Shown: positions 29,313 to 39,709, numbered from the stretch's first letter. The stretch is 64,000 bases of DNA from Candidatus Spongiisociaceae bacterium (GCA_965262915.1 OZ253564.1:4704001-4768000); one strand, 5' to 3'. Notes: generated by a model from the letters alone, not told the origin. Translations and numbers: made by a program.

Positions 29313-30596
29313 ATGATACGCCGCCACTCGGGCGCCTCTCCCCGAGTCGGCTACATACCCAGGCAGATCGATGCACTACTCCGCGCTGAACTCGAAGTCT
29401 GGCCCGCTGTCGTCATCACGGGTCCACGCGGGGTGGGCAAGACGACCACCGCCCTGCAAGTGGTGGAGTCTGTAATCGACCTTTCGCAGCCGCAGCAGCG
29501 CGATGCCTTCATGCTGGACATGGAATCCGCCTTGCGGGCTTCTCCGAAACCGGTCCTGATCGACGGGTGGCAGCAGGCCCCCGATGTGTTGTGGGTGGTC
29601 AAGAAGCTGATCGACCAGGACGCCATGACGGGATTCGTCATCGCAGGCTCGTCCCGTATCCGGTCCAACGATGAGGATGGCAGCAATCAGTGGCCGCTGG
29701 TGCATCGAGGCGTCACGCTGGATATGCATCCGCTTACCGTGGCGGAGAAGCGCCGTAGGGCGTTCCACCCCTTCACGGATCGGCTGGCCGACATGAGCGC
29801 AGCCCACGGTTACCACGGTGTTTCCAGCCTGTACGACTACATCGACATAGCCTTGGAAGGTGGTTACCCGGCATATCTGGACATCAAGCAGCACTCCGAC
29901 CGCAGAGCGCAGATGGAGAGCGCCGTCCGCGACATCGTGCGGTTGGAGGCAGCAACGGGCCGGACCGACCATCGTAAGATGCTGGACTTTCTCCATGTCT
30001 ACGCCGCCAATTCTTCGGAACTGATCAACCAGACCACGTTGGCAGAGCACGCCGACATCTCTCGGGCCTCGGCCGAGAAATACGAGCGGGCGCTGCACAA
30101 CTCAGACATCGTGTCGCAGCTCCCGTCCTGGCATCGAACGCTCTCGAGTCGCACCGGCAAGCGTCCCAAGCGGTTCGTCAACGACACGGGAATGTGGGCT
30201 GCGATACTGGGAGTGGGTCCTGAGGACATACGCGGTGACTCCAAGCTGGTCGGCAACCTGATGGAGACCTTCGTGGTGTCGCAGATGCGCGCTCAGCAGT
30301 CCGCATCCCGGTCCGGGTATACCCTCTACCACTACCGCGACCAAGCCAGGCGGGAGATAGACCTGATACTGGAGAACCGCCTCGACCGCAGCCTGTTCGC
30401 GGTCGAGGTCAAGGCATCCAGCACCGTTACCCGCCATGATGCCCGCCATCTGGAATGGTTGCGGCACCAGTTGGACACCGACAATCCACGCCGATCCATT
30501 AGCTTCGCCCGCGGCGTGGTGCTCTACCCCGGTCCTCTGACCGTCGAGATCAGCGATCGGGTCTGGGCCATGCCGATCTCGGCGCTATGGGAATAG
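29313..30596 (+). CDS. AAA_14 ATPase with DUF4143 and C-terminal PD-(D/E)xK-like domain
   Basis: GPRGVGKTT, GGYP, KRPKRFVNDTG, ETFV, YRDQARREIDLI..EVKAS. Walker B reads IDGWQ. Confidence 0.85.
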   Translation: MIRRHSGASPRVGYIPRQIDALLRAELEVWPAVVITGPRGVGKTTTALQVVESVIDLSQPQQRDAFMLDMESALRASPKPVLIDGWQQAPDVLWVVKKLIDQDAMTGFVIAGSSRIRSNDEDGSNQWPLVHRGVTLDMHPLTVAEKRRRAFHPFTDRLADMSAAHGYHGVSSLYDYIDIALEGGYPAYLDIKQHSDRRAQMESAVRDIVRLEAATGRTDHRKMLDFLHVYAANSSELINQTTLAEHADISRASAEKYERALHNSDIVSQLPSWHRTLSSRTGKRPKRFVNDTGMWAAILGVGPEDIRGDSKLVGNLMETFVVSQMRAQQSASRSGYTLYHYRDQARREIDLILENRLDRSLFAVEVKASSTVTRHDARHLEWLRHQLDTDNPRRSISFARGVVLYPGPLTVEISDRVWAMPISALWE

Positions 30597-30728
30597 CTCC
30601 GCCGCTTCTCCCGCTTCCTTCCGGTATCTCGGTGGTGTTAGGGGTGGTCGTTAGCTTCTAGCGCTCCAATGTTCTGTTGATATCACAGAGTTTAATAATC
30701 TATATAATTGTATAACCCTACTTAGAGG

Positions 30729-30758
30729 TTGACACCTGTCACACGGGTTTGGTATAAC
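30729..30758 (+). promoter_or_regulatory. Sigma70-type leaderless promoter of the DUF222-HNH gene
   Basis: TTGACA-N18-TATAAC with TG extension. ATG 30765 lies 6 nt downstream. AT-rich region upstream. Confidence 0.7.
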
Positions 30759-30764
30759 TACATC

Positions 30765-32059
30765 ATGAATGACGAACATACGTTCGCTCTCTTTGGAGAC
30801 AACACCGGCGCCGTCGCCACCAGCTTGGCCGACCCGGCATCCGAGGAATCAGCCAGGAGCACCGCCGAGCGGATCAGCGCCGCGCTCCGGGAACTGAACC
30901 GGATACAGATAGGCTCCATGTCTCGGACCGAAGCCAACCACACCCTCGGGCTGCTGGACCAGGCTCAATCGGTGGTCACTTCTCTGATGTATGACGTAGG
31001 CCGCCAAGTCGCCGACTCGGAACCTGACACCGATCCCTCCGAGGTGCTCCGGCAGGGAGCACGCCTGCCCAGTCGAGAGTCCAAGAAGATGGCGAAGGTG
31101 GCCAGACAACTGTCGGAAATACCCAAGGTCCGGGAGAAGTTCGCCACCGGTGATATCACGCCGACCCATGTCAACGCGTTGGCCAACGCGGCGGAGAAGG
31201 TCGGGCCCCATGCCGTTGAAAACGACCGGAGCTTGTTGGAGGCCGCCGACCGGATGTTGCCGGACAGCTTCGACCGCCACATCCGGAAGTGGTCCGAACG
31301 CAAGCTGATCGAGGCGGGTCTCGACCCACTCGAGCGGCAGCGGCGGGCCCGGGAAGCGAAGCTGTGGTGGAGAAGGAAACCGGACTCGGAGTGATCATGG
31401 CGAAGCTCCCTCGCCCCCAGTTCGAATACCTCCGCCAGGCGATCGACAGCCACTACATGCATCTCCTACGCCAGGACGGCGCCGACGGCCAGGATCCTGA
31501 TGCGTTGCGTACCCCGAAGCAGCGGTTAGCCGATGTGGTGGTCGAGCTGCTCAGCAGCCGTGATGCGATTACCGGTGAGTTCATCACCGAAACCGTAGGA
31601 ATCAAAGCCAAGGCCTCCACCCAACTCATCCTCATCGCCCCGGTAGGCGTGGTGGACGGCACTAACCCGAACGCACAGGTGGAGATGATCGGAGTCGGAC
31701 CCGTACCACGCGACATCCTCGGAACGCTATCCCCCGACACCGAACTGGCCGGAATGATTTTCGACCGGGCGGCCCGTCCCCTCTGGCTGGGCCGCAACCA
31801 GCGCCTAGGAAACGCCGCCCAACGACTGGCCGTGGCCGTACGCGACGGAGGATGCTTCGAATGCGGCGCCCCCATGCACCGATGCGAGCTCCACCACATG
31901 AAGGAATGGCACCGCGACCGCGGACCGACCGACATCGACAATCTGGTCGCTGCCTGCCGTCAACATCACAGGTGGTTGGAAACCGACAATTTGGTAGTCC
32001 GGCGAACGCCCAACGGCTACCAAACCCAATCCCGCGCCGGACCCGACCCCCCAGGATGA
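30765..32059 (+). pseudogene. DUF222/13E12-like HNH endonuclease, frameshifted at ~31365-31370
   Basis: REAKLW in one frame continues as VEKETGLGV in another (one G missing in ctgtggtggag). C-terminal RDGGCFECG..CELHH..GPTDIDNLVAACRQHH. Confidence 0.8.
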
Positions 32060-32248
32060 CCCCCCTGGTATGACCTCCCACCCCCTGCAAGGACACACCG
32101 CCGTGCCCATGGCAAGAAGCCGCGAGAAGTCATCTCCCACGGCCGGCTGCCACTCAACGCCCACGATACCCTGCGACACGATCCCCGGACCCGGGCAGGG
32201 CTTCGCTCCTCGTGCTCGGCGCGCCGCGACGTCCCCAGCACGGGCGAA

Positions 32249-32380
32249 TGATCGCGGCGATCACGGCCAGGGCAGTTGCCCACGGGTTGGCGGGCCGCAG
32301 GATGGCCAGGAACATGGCGAACTTGGCGCACAACCCGGCCAAGGGTGGGATCCCGGCCACGGAGAAGAGAAGAAGATGGC
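32249..32380 (-). pseudogene. Diverged internal fragment of nuoN
   Basis: AGIPPLAGLCAKFAMFLAILRPANPWATALAVIAAI matches nuoN 33855-33984. Confidence 0.85.
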
Positions 32381-32419
32381 ACGGCCACTCGTCTCCGGGA
32401 GTTCAACACGTGGGCCTGA

Positions 32420-32851
32420 TCAATCGTCTGATCCGGAAAGGCCTCTAATAGGCATCTTCCTAATATCGCCTCGATAGACGGCAATCATGAATGGTCCGGG
32501 TCGGCTACAAGCCCTAACGATGGCTGGGAGGTTCCGGAGAAACCTCCCAGCCATCTCGCTCGCAGGAAGATCCTGCCTGGCAAGGTAGAAGCAACGTACC
32601 TTGTGTTCAATCAGGGCCTCGCGGTTTCTTGCCTGCAAGCGAATGCCCTCGTCCTTGGTGAAGGCGACCCAGTCGTTAGAGCCGACAAGTTCAAGCCATT
32701 CCGTATCTGCAACGGCCTCGTCCGCTGGTGTTCCATAGTGTTCGACCATCGTTACCAGATCCAAGCCTGCCTCCCGTAGCCGTCTGGGCACCTGGAACGA
32801 TCCGAGGCTGCGGTCGAGAAAGAGCCTAGGCAGCCCTTGGGGATGCGACAC
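32420..32851 (-). CDS. PIN-like toxin (VapC45/Rv2019-like)
   Basis: LFLDRSLG, ADTEWL, FTKDEGIR. GTG start overlaps the upstream gene end. Lower GC. Confidence 0.8.
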   Translation of the reverse strand: MSHPQGLPRLFLDRSLGSFQVPRRLREAGLDLVTMVEHYGTPADEAVADTEWLELVGSNDWVAFTKDEGIRLQARNREALIEHKVRCFYLARQDLPASEMAGRFLRNLPAIVRACSRPGPFMIAVYRGDIRKMPIRGLSGSDD

Positions 32852-33557
32852 GGATCGCGTCCTCCACATGGGCTGTGGGCACACCGAACTCCACAGTCAG
32901 CTCCTGCACCGTCTCCCCAGCCCAGTATCGATTCAGGACATCCTTTACCCGGCATCCTCCCCTTGCGAAAATAGGAGCACCGGATGAGCGGTAAGGATCG
33001 ACGATGATCTCAGCTTGCTCATATCCTGGTACTCGGATGAGTTTCACGTAGCCATCTCGGGCATATTCGAATCTCTGCAGGTACTCCTCAATCAGATCGG
33101 AGAACACGCACTGGTTGTTCCGTACAACAACGAGTTGTCGTGTTGCACGCGCAACTTGTGAATCGGGATGGCTCTCCGAGTAGTCAAAGAGCAATTCTGC
33201 ACCATCGCTATAGAGCCTCTTAGAAGCGAGAGCGTATTGAATGCCCAGTCCTCTTTGTAACTCCTCAAGGGCAGGTCGAATTCTTTGCATCGGAACCCCG
33301 CTCTTGCGTATGGCAGCCAAGACCATGGCTTCGGTTATCCCGACAAAGGGAATGGACCGGAGCTTGGCCCGAGGAGGGACCTTTATGCTCGTGATGATGG
33401 GTGCTCCGCGGGGTTGCGCGCCTTCTTGCGGCAGCGCTACCCGTCCGCGCGCCCACATGCGAAACGTTGAAGCGGGTACATCAACGATCCGGGCCGCCTC
33501 TGACATCGTGTACAGCGGATCTCTGAACCTGGATGGGTCAAGAGCGGTGATAAGCAC
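32826..33557 (-). CDS. DUF433-containing antitoxin (VapB45/Rv2018-like)
   Basis: N-terminal HTH PLYTMSEAARIVDVP; C-terminal VDPYRSSGAPIF..GETVQEL..EFG. Confidence 0.82.
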   Translation of the reverse strand: MLITALDPSRFRDPLYTMSEAARIVDVPASTFRMWARGRVALPQEGAQPRGAPIITSIKVPPRAKLRSIPFVGITEAMVLAAIRKSGVPMQRIRPALEELQRGLGIQYALASKRLYSDGAELLFDYSESHPDSQVARATRQLVVVRNNQCVFSDLIEEYLQRFEYARDGYVKLIRVPGYEQAEIIVDPYRSSGAPIFARGGCRVKDVLNRYWAGETVQELTVEFGVPTAHVEDAIRVASPRAA

Positions 33558-33627
33558 CTCCCTCCGTCGTGCCTATTCAAGCATCAAGGAGGAACTTTTC
33601 CTGGCAAGGCTCGCCGGAGGTGGATTG

Positions 33628-35127
33628 TCAGATGCCGGCGGTTACCACCTTGGCCACGTCGGCGAAGACACCAGCCAACTGGAAGGGTAGGACCCCGGCC
33701 ACGATAACGAACAGGGCGCATATGCCCAGCGCCAAGGCGAGAGAACCGCTGAGGGGACGGGCTCGTAGGGCGGTGTCGGGAATGTCTTCGGGTAGGGGAT
33801 CCATCCACATGGTCTTGCCAACCCGGGCGTAGTAGACGAGCGCGATGACCGCGTTGATGGCGGCTATCACCGCCAGAGCGGTGGTCCACGGGTTGGCGGG
33901 GCGCAGGATGGCGAGGAACATGGCGAACTTGGCGTACCAGCCGGCCAGGGGCGGGATCCCGGCCAGGGAAAAGAAGAACATGGCCCCGAGGGTGGCTATG
34001 CGGGGTGCGTAGCGCCACATACCCGCCCAGCCGTCGATCATGACGGTCCCGGTGCGGCGGGCGGCCGCGATCACCACCGCGAAGGCCCCCAGGTTCATGA
34101 AGGCGTAGATGATCACGTACACGATGGTGGCCGAAGCCGCCTCCTGGATCACCTCGGGATCGCTGGTGGCGGCCGCGGCAGCGAACGGCACCAGGATGAA
34201 GCCGCCCTGGGCGATCGAGGAGTAGGCCAGCATACGCACGATGTTGTCCTGGCGGAGGGCGGTGAGGTTGCCCAGCGTCATCGACAGGGCGGCCAGGACC
34301 CACAGGGCCGGTCCCCAGATCTCGGTCACCGTGGGGAACGCCTTGTAGCAGAGCAGCAACAACCCCACGAAACCGGCCGCCTTCGAACCCACCGACAGGT
34401 AGGCGGCGACCGGGGTGGGGGCGCCCTCGTAGGTGTCGGGCGCCCAGAAGTGGAACGGCACCGCGGTGATCTTGAAACCGAACCCGACCAGGGTGAAGAG
34501 CACGGCCAGTCGGAAAGCGCCGCTGTCCAGCAACCCTGCGCCGGCTGTGCGGATCCCTTCGAAGGTCACCGATCCGGTCAGGCCGTAGAGGAACGACATG
34601 CCGTACAGCAGGATGGCGGTGGAGAGCACTCCGAGGATGAAGAACTTGAGGGACGCCTCGTTGGATTTGGCGTCGCCCTTGCGCCATCCGGCCAGCAGGA
34701 ACAGCGGTCCGGTTACCAACTCGAGGCCTACGAAGATCGTGATCAGGTCACGGGACGACGCCATGATCAGCGAGCCGAGGATCGACGTCAGCAGCAGCAG
34801 GTAGTACTCGCCCTGGTAGTAGCGATCGCTCTCGATGTACGACACGGACATCAGCAGGACCAGGTAGCCGCCCACGATGAACACCGCTTTGAGCACCAGG
34901 GCGAAGCCGTCCACCACGTAGCCGCCGCCGAGCAGCGACCTTGATCCGGGACCGCCCCCGAAAGCGAGCGTGACCAGCGGGACGGCGGCCAGCGCCAGAC
35001 CCAGCACCCCGGCGAACGCAACCCAGTACTTGCGGGAGCGGGGCAGGGCCACGTCGAGGCCGAGCACCACCAGGATGGTGGCGGCTACGACGATCTCGGG
35101 CGCCAGCGCGTGGTAGTCGAGGTCCAC
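33628..35127 (-). CDS. nuoN: NADH-quinone oxidoreductase subunit N
   Basis: EASLKFF, FKITAVPFHFWAPDTYEGAPTP, RMLAYSSIAQ, SLAGIPP. Confidence 0.95.
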   Translation of the reverse strand: MDLDYHALAPEIVVAATILVVLGLDVALPRSRKYWVAFAGVLGLALAAVPLVTLAFGGGPGSRSLLGGGYVVDGFALVLKAVFIVGGYLVLLMSVSYIESDRYYQGEYYLLLLTSILGSLIMASSRDLITIFVGLELVTGPLFLLAGWRKGDAKSNEASLKFFILGVLSTAILLYGMSFLYGLTGSVTFEGIRTAGAGLLDSGAFRLAVLFTLVGFGFKITAVPFHFWAPDTYEGAPTPVAAYLSVGSKAAGFVGLLLLCYKAFPTVTEIWGPALWVLAALSMTLGNLTALRQDNIVRMLAYSSIAQGGFILVPFAAAAATSDPEVIQEAASATIVYVIIYAFMNLGAFAVVIAAARRTGTVMIDGWAGMWRYAPRIATLGAMFFFSLAGIPPLAGWYAKFAMFLAILRPANPWTTALAVIAAINAVIALVYYARVGKTMWMDPLPEDIPDTALRARPLSGSLALALGICALFVIVAGVLPFQLAGVFADVAKVVTAGI

Positions 35128-35131
35128 CGTG

Positions 35132-36715
35132 TCAGCCCCCGAAAGCGGTCTTCGCCAGGTTGACGACCGCATCGGTGGTGGCCCCCAGGATGATCCTCGG
35201 GTACACGCCGATGGCCACGATCGCCACGATCAGGGGCGCCCACGACAGCCACTCGTAACGGCCCACATCGGCGAACTGGTGACCGGACCACTCGTCCTTG
35301 GGCTCACCCAGGTTGACTCGCTGGAGCATCCAGAGCATGTATCCGGCGGTGAGGATGGTGCCGACAGCGCCGATCACCATGTAGGTCTGGAACTGGGACA
35401 CACTGAGGCCGGACAGGGGACGGTAGGCGCCCACCAGCGACATGAACTCGCCCCAGAAGCCTGCCAGACCGGGTAGTCCGAGCGAGGCCATGGCGGTGAA
35501 GGCGAGGATGCCACCCATCCAGGGCATCAGCTTCTGGTTACCGCCCAGGCGGGCGATCTCCCGGGTGTGGTAGCGATGTTGCAACGAGCCGGCCACGAAG
35601 AAGAGCAGCCCGGTGATCAACCCGTGGGCCACCATACCGATGATCGCGGCGTTGAACCCGATATCGGTCATCGTGGCGATCCCCAGCATCACGAAACCCA
35701 TGTGCCCCACCGACGAGAAGGCGATGAGCCGCTTCACGTCGGTCTGGGCCAGGCAGGCCAGCGAGCCGTAGATTATCCCTATCACCGCCAGCAAGCCGAT
35801 GAACGGCGCCCACTCCCGCGCCATCTCCGGCAGGATCGGGATCGAGATACGAAGGAAGGCGTAGGAGCCCAGCTTCAGCAGGATGGCCGCCAGCAGCACC
35901 GAACCAACGGTGGGGGCGGCGGTGTGGGCATCGGGCAGCCAGGTGTGGAAGGGCCACATCGGTACCTTCACCGCGAACCCCAGGAACATGGCCCCGAACA
36001 CCAGGAAGGCGAAGGTCCCGCTCCCGAAAGCGTTGTCGGCGCCTAGGGCGATCAGGGTAGGGATATCGAACGTGTTCTCGGGTAGGAAGTCGCCGGAACG
36101 AAAGTAGAGGGCCAGGAAGCCCAGCAGCATGAACGCCGACCCGAACAGGGTGAAGATGAAGAACTTGATGGCCGCGTAGAGCCGCATGGTCACGGTCCGG
36201 CCCAGCACCGGGATGCGCCGCTGCGAGCTGTCACCCCAGATTCCGATCATGAAGTACATGGGCAGCAGCACCAACTCGAAGAAGATGAAGAACAGCACCA
36301 GGTCGAGGGCCACGAACGTCCCGTTCATGCCGGTCTCCAGCAGCAGCATCAGCGCCAGGAAGCCCCGCACGTTGCGCGGCTCCTCCCAGTGGTCCCACGA
36401 GTAGACCACCGCCAGGAACGTCACCACCGCCGACAGCACCAGTAGCGGGAGGCTGATGCCGTCCACACCGATGTGGTAGTCGGCCCCGATGGCCGGGATC
36501 CAGCTCTCCTTGACCTCGAACTGGAACCGCTCCGCCGCCCCGTAATCGAAGGCGACCGCCGCTAACACGGCAAGTACGCCGGTGAGGGCGGTGACCAACA
36601 GGGCGGTCCACTTCTGGGCCGTCTCGTTTGCCTTCGGGAAGGCGAACAGCGCCAGCGCCCCTGCCACCGGCAGGAACACGATGAGGCTGAGCCCCGCGGA
36701 TTCGAACCAGGCCAT
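35132..36715 (-). CDS. nuoM: NADH-quinone oxidoreductase subunit M
   Basis: GVDGIS, FFIFFE, AVKVPMWPFHTWLPDAH, KRLIAFSSVGHMG. Confidence 0.95.
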   Translation of the reverse strand: MAWFESAGLSLIVFLPVAGALALFAFPKANETAQKWTALLVTALTGVLAVLAAVAFDYGAAERFQFEVKESWIPAIGADYHIGVDGISLPLLVLSAVVTFLAVVYSWDHWEEPRNVRGFLALMLLLETGMNGTFVALDLVLFFIFFELVLLPMYFMIGIWGDSSQRRIPVLGRTVTMRLYAAIKFFIFTLFGSAFMLLGFLALYFRSGDFLPENTFDIPTLIALGADNAFGSGTFAFLVFGAMFLGFAVKVPMWPFHTWLPDAHTAAPTVGSVLLAAILLKLGSYAFLRISIPILPEMAREWAPFIGLLAVIGIIYGSLACLAQTDVKRLIAFSSVGHMGFVMLGIATMTDIGFNAAIIGMVAHGLITGLLFFVAGSLQHRYHTREIARLGGNQKLMPWMGGILAFTAMASLGLPGLAGFWGEFMSLVGAYRPLSGLSVSQFQTYMVIGAVGTILTAGYMLWMLQRVNLGEPKDEWSGHQFADVGRYEWLSWAPLIVAIVAIGVYPRIILGATTDAVVNLAKTAFGG

Positions 36716-36749
36716 CTCGCTCTTCTCCTCTGTCTGCCTTCTGTTCTGT

Positions 36750-38813
36750 CTAGTTGACGATCACGAGTACAACCACCAGCACCAGCGCCCCCACGACGAA
36801 GCCACCCGCATACTGCTGGACCTTGCCGGTCTGGAGCAAACGGAGCCGTCCGCCCGCTCCCCTGGTACCTCCCGCCGCGGCGTTGAGCACCAGGTCGATG
36901 CCCTGCTGGTCCAACCGGCCGTACACCAGGTTGCCCAGCCAGGCGGTGACGAGTCCGGCCCCGTTGACCACCGCGTCGATCACGTAGCCGTTCACCCAGT
37001 CGACGCCTCGGGCGATGGGGCCCTTGATCGGGTCCACTACGCCTGCCATGTACAGGTGGTCGATGTAGTACTTCTGGCGTAGCAGCGGGTACAGCACCGG
37101 GATCTCCAGCCGGTCCCGCGCCGCCTGGGTCTCCGCCTCCGGCGCGAACAGCAGCCAGCCTAGGACGATCCCGGCCAAGGCGGCGCCCAGTCCGTAAGCG
37201 GCCAGGTCCCAGTCGATACTCGACGGGTGATGATCACCCATCGTCACGATCCGGGCCCCCACCCAGTCGGTGAAGTTCCGGAAGGGACCCCAGGAGACGC
37301 CGGGGATGTTCAGGAACCCGGCGATGACGCTGGGGATCGCCAGCGCCACCAGCGGGACGGTCATGACCCGCGGTGACTCGTGCGGGTGGCCGTGTCCCTT
37401 GTAGGTACCGAAGAAGGTGAGGGCCACCGCCCTCGTCATGTAGAAGGCGGTCACGAAGGCCCCGGCGATGGCCACCCACATGAACCCCATATACCCCTCG
37501 TTGCCCAGGGTGGCGAGGATCTCGTCCTTCGACCAGAACCCGGCGAGGGGGATCACCCCGGCCAGCGACACCGACCCGACCACGAAGGTCCAGAAGGTGA
37601 CCGGCATCTTGCGGCGCAGGCCGCCCATATCGCTCATGTTGTTGGAATGGACCGCGTGGATCACCGACCCCGCCCCGAGGAACAGCAGGGCCTTGAAGAA
37701 GGCGTGGGTGAAGAGGTGGAACAGCCCGGCCGTGTACCCCCCGGCCGCCATCGCAGCCATCATGTAACCGAGCTGGGAGACGGTCGAGTAGGCCAGCACC
37801 CGCTTGAGGTCGTCGGCCACCAGCGCCAGGAAGCCGAGAACGAACAGGGTGATGACCGCGATCGGCACCATCCACTGCCGGGCATCGGCCGCCATCTGCT
37901 GGTAGAGGGGGAAGGTCCTGGCCATCAGGTATATGCCGGCGGTGACCATGGTGGCGGCGTGCATGAGCGCCGAGACGGGAGTGGGGCCGGCCATGGCATC
38001 CGGGAGCCACACATGGAGGGGGAACTGGGCCGACTTGCCCATCGCCCCGAAGAACAGCAGCAGGGCGCCTGCCACCGCCACCCCCTCGAGGGTGTCGCTG
38101 TGAACGTCGGCCGACGTGTTGAGCGTCGAGAAACGGAAGCTGCCCAGCGCGGGGGCGAGGAGGATGGTCCCTAGGATCAGCCCCACATCCGCCACCTTGT
38201 TGGTCAGGAAGGCCTTGACGGCCGCGTCGCTGTTCTCCTTGTGCTCCCAGTAGTGGCCGATCAGGAGGTAGCTGGCCAGGCCCACCCCCTCCCAGCCGAT
38301 GATCAGCTGGATCAGGTTGGGCGCTCCCACCAGCACCAGCATCGAGCCGGCGAACAGCGACAGCGAGGCGAAGAACCACGGAACCCGGACGTCGCCCTTC
38401 ATGTAGCCCACCGCGTAGACGAACACCAGGAAGGCCACGAACGCCACCACCCAGTACATCATGATCGACAGCCCGTCCACCACGAAGCCCAGCTCGAACG
38501 AGAGCCGGTGGCCCGCGAACGTGCCCACCTCCGCGATGGTGAGGTTCACCTCCCGGTATATGTCGCCCACCATGTTCTGGACGAGGAGCACCGACGCCCA
38601 CACCAGGTTGACGCCCATCGCCCCCACCGCCAGCTCCGCCCCCTGCCCTTTCATGCGGTTCCCCAGCACGATGATCGCCAGGAAGGCCACGAACGGGAGC
38701 ACCAGCATGATCCAAGCCGTCCCGGCGAAGAAGCCTCCCGAGGAGAGTTCCATGGGTTCGTAGTCCAGTTCCTTGGCCAGGATCAGCGAGGCGGATGCGG
38801 CGAAGCTCACCAT
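36750..38813 (-). CDS. nuoL: NADH-quinone oxidoreductase subunit L
   Basis: GWEGVG, GKSAQFPLHVWLPDAMAGPTPVSALMHAATMV, HAFFKALLFL. Confidence 0.95.
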   Translation of the reverse strand: MVSFAASASLILAKELDYEPMELSSGGFFAGTAWIMLVLPFVAFLAIIVLGNRMKGQGAELAVGAMGVNLVWASVLLVQNMVGDIYREVNLTIAEVGTFAGHRLSFELGFVVDGLSIMMYWVVAFVAFLVFVYAVGYMKGDVRVPWFFASLSLFAGSMLVLVGAPNLIQLIIGWEGVGLASYLLIGHYWEHKENSDAAVKAFLTNKVADVGLILGTILLAPALGSFRFSTLNTSADVHSDTLEGVAVAGALLLFFGAMGKSAQFPLHVWLPDAMAGPTPVSALMHAATMVTAGIYLMARTFPLYQQMAADARQWMVPIAVITLFVLGFLALVADDLKRVLAYSTVSQLGYMMAAMAAGGYTAGLFHLFTHAFFKALLFLGAGSVIHAVHSNNMSDMGGLRRKMPVTFWTFVVGSVSLAGVIPLAGFWSKDEILATLGNEGYMGFMWVAIAGAFVTAFYMTRAVALTFFGTYKGHGHPHESPRVMTVPLVALAIPSVIAGFLNIPGVSWGPFRNFTDWVGARIVTMGDHHPSSIDWDLAAYGLGAALAGIVLGWLLFAPEAETQAARDRLEIPVLYPLLRQKYYIDHLYMAGVVDPIKGPIARGVDWVNGYVIDAVVNGAGLVTAWLGNLVYGRLDQQGIDLVLNAAAGGTRGAGGRLRLLQTGKVQQYAGGFVVGALVLVVVLVIVN

Positions 38814-38820
38814 GGAATCC

Positions 38821-39126
38821 TCACCACCTCATCAGGTCCAGCTCGTCGATGTTGCCCGATGCCCGGTTGCGGAACACCATCAGGATGATGGCCAAGCCGA
38901 TCCCCACCTCGGCGGCGGCGATGGTGATCACGAAGATGGCAAAGATCTGGCCGTGGGCGGCGGCGGTGTTCCAGAAGGCCTCGAAGGCCACCAGGTTGAT
39001 GTTGACCGCTGCCAGCATCAACTCCACCGCCAGCAGGACGGTGACCGCGTTACGCCGGGACAGCAGCCCGTAGATCCCGATCGAGAACAGGATCGCCCCG
39101 AGAAACAGGAACTGGGTGAGGATCAT
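38821..39126 (-). CDS. nuoK: NADH-quinone oxidoreductase subunit K
   Basis: RRNAV, VELML, AAAEVGIGLAI. Confidence 0.95.
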   Translation of the reverse strand: MILTQFLFLGAILFSIGIYGLLSRRNAVTVLLAVELMLAAVNINLVAFEAFWNTAAAHGQIFAIFVITIAAAEVGIGLAIILMVFRNRASGNIDELDLMRW

Positions 39127-39142
39127 GGCGGTCCACCTACGG

Positions 39143-39709
39143 TCATACCCGTATCCCCTCCTCTTCCTCGGCCGGGGTGAGGTCCTTGCGGGCCAGGGTG
39201 ATACCCCCGATCAGGGCCGCCAGCAGGACGAACCCGACCGCTTCGAAGGGGATCAGGTAGCGGCGGATGAACCCCTCCCCGAGGATGCCGGTGGCGGTGG
39301 CGGTTCCGACCGCCGGGAGGGGCTCGGCGAAACGGTCCATCTGGTCGGAGACCGCCACGATCAACCACAGCGTCACGGCCAGGACTGCCAGCGAGGCCAG
39401 AGCCGCGGGCCAGCGGGTACTGTGGCTCAGGTCGGTCTCCCGCCCGATCGGCGCCCGGGTGATCATGATGCCGAAAAGGAAGAGCACCACCACCGCGCCG
39501 ATGTAGACCAGCACCAGCACCCAGGCCACGAACTCGGCGGACAGGAGGATGAACAGACCGGCGGAGGCCGCCAGGGTCAGCACCAGGAACAGGGCGGCGT
39601 GTACCACGTTGCGGCTGGTCACCACCCGGAGGGCGGCCACCACCATGGGCACCGCCATCGCCAGGAAGGCCCAGTTGACGGGCTCGGCCAGCCAGTCGGG
39701 AAAGGTCAT
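39143..39709 (-). CDS. nuoJ: NADH-quinone oxidoreductase subunit J
   Basis: NVVHAALFL, LVYIGAVVVLFLFGIM, YLIPFE. Confidence 0.93.
   Translation of the reverse strand: MTFPDWLAEPVNWAFLAMAVPMVVAALRVVTSRNVVHAALFLVLTLAASAGLFILLSAEFVAWVLVLVYIGAVVVLFLFGIMITRAPIGRETDLSHSTRWPAALASLAVLAVTLWLIVAVSDQMDRFAEPLPAVGTATATGILGEGFIRRYLIPFEAVGFVLLAALIGGITLARKDLTPAEEEEGIRV

Noticed and set aside
22839-33557. Prophage or ICE
   Set aside because: No integrase, structural, replication or conjugation genes seen
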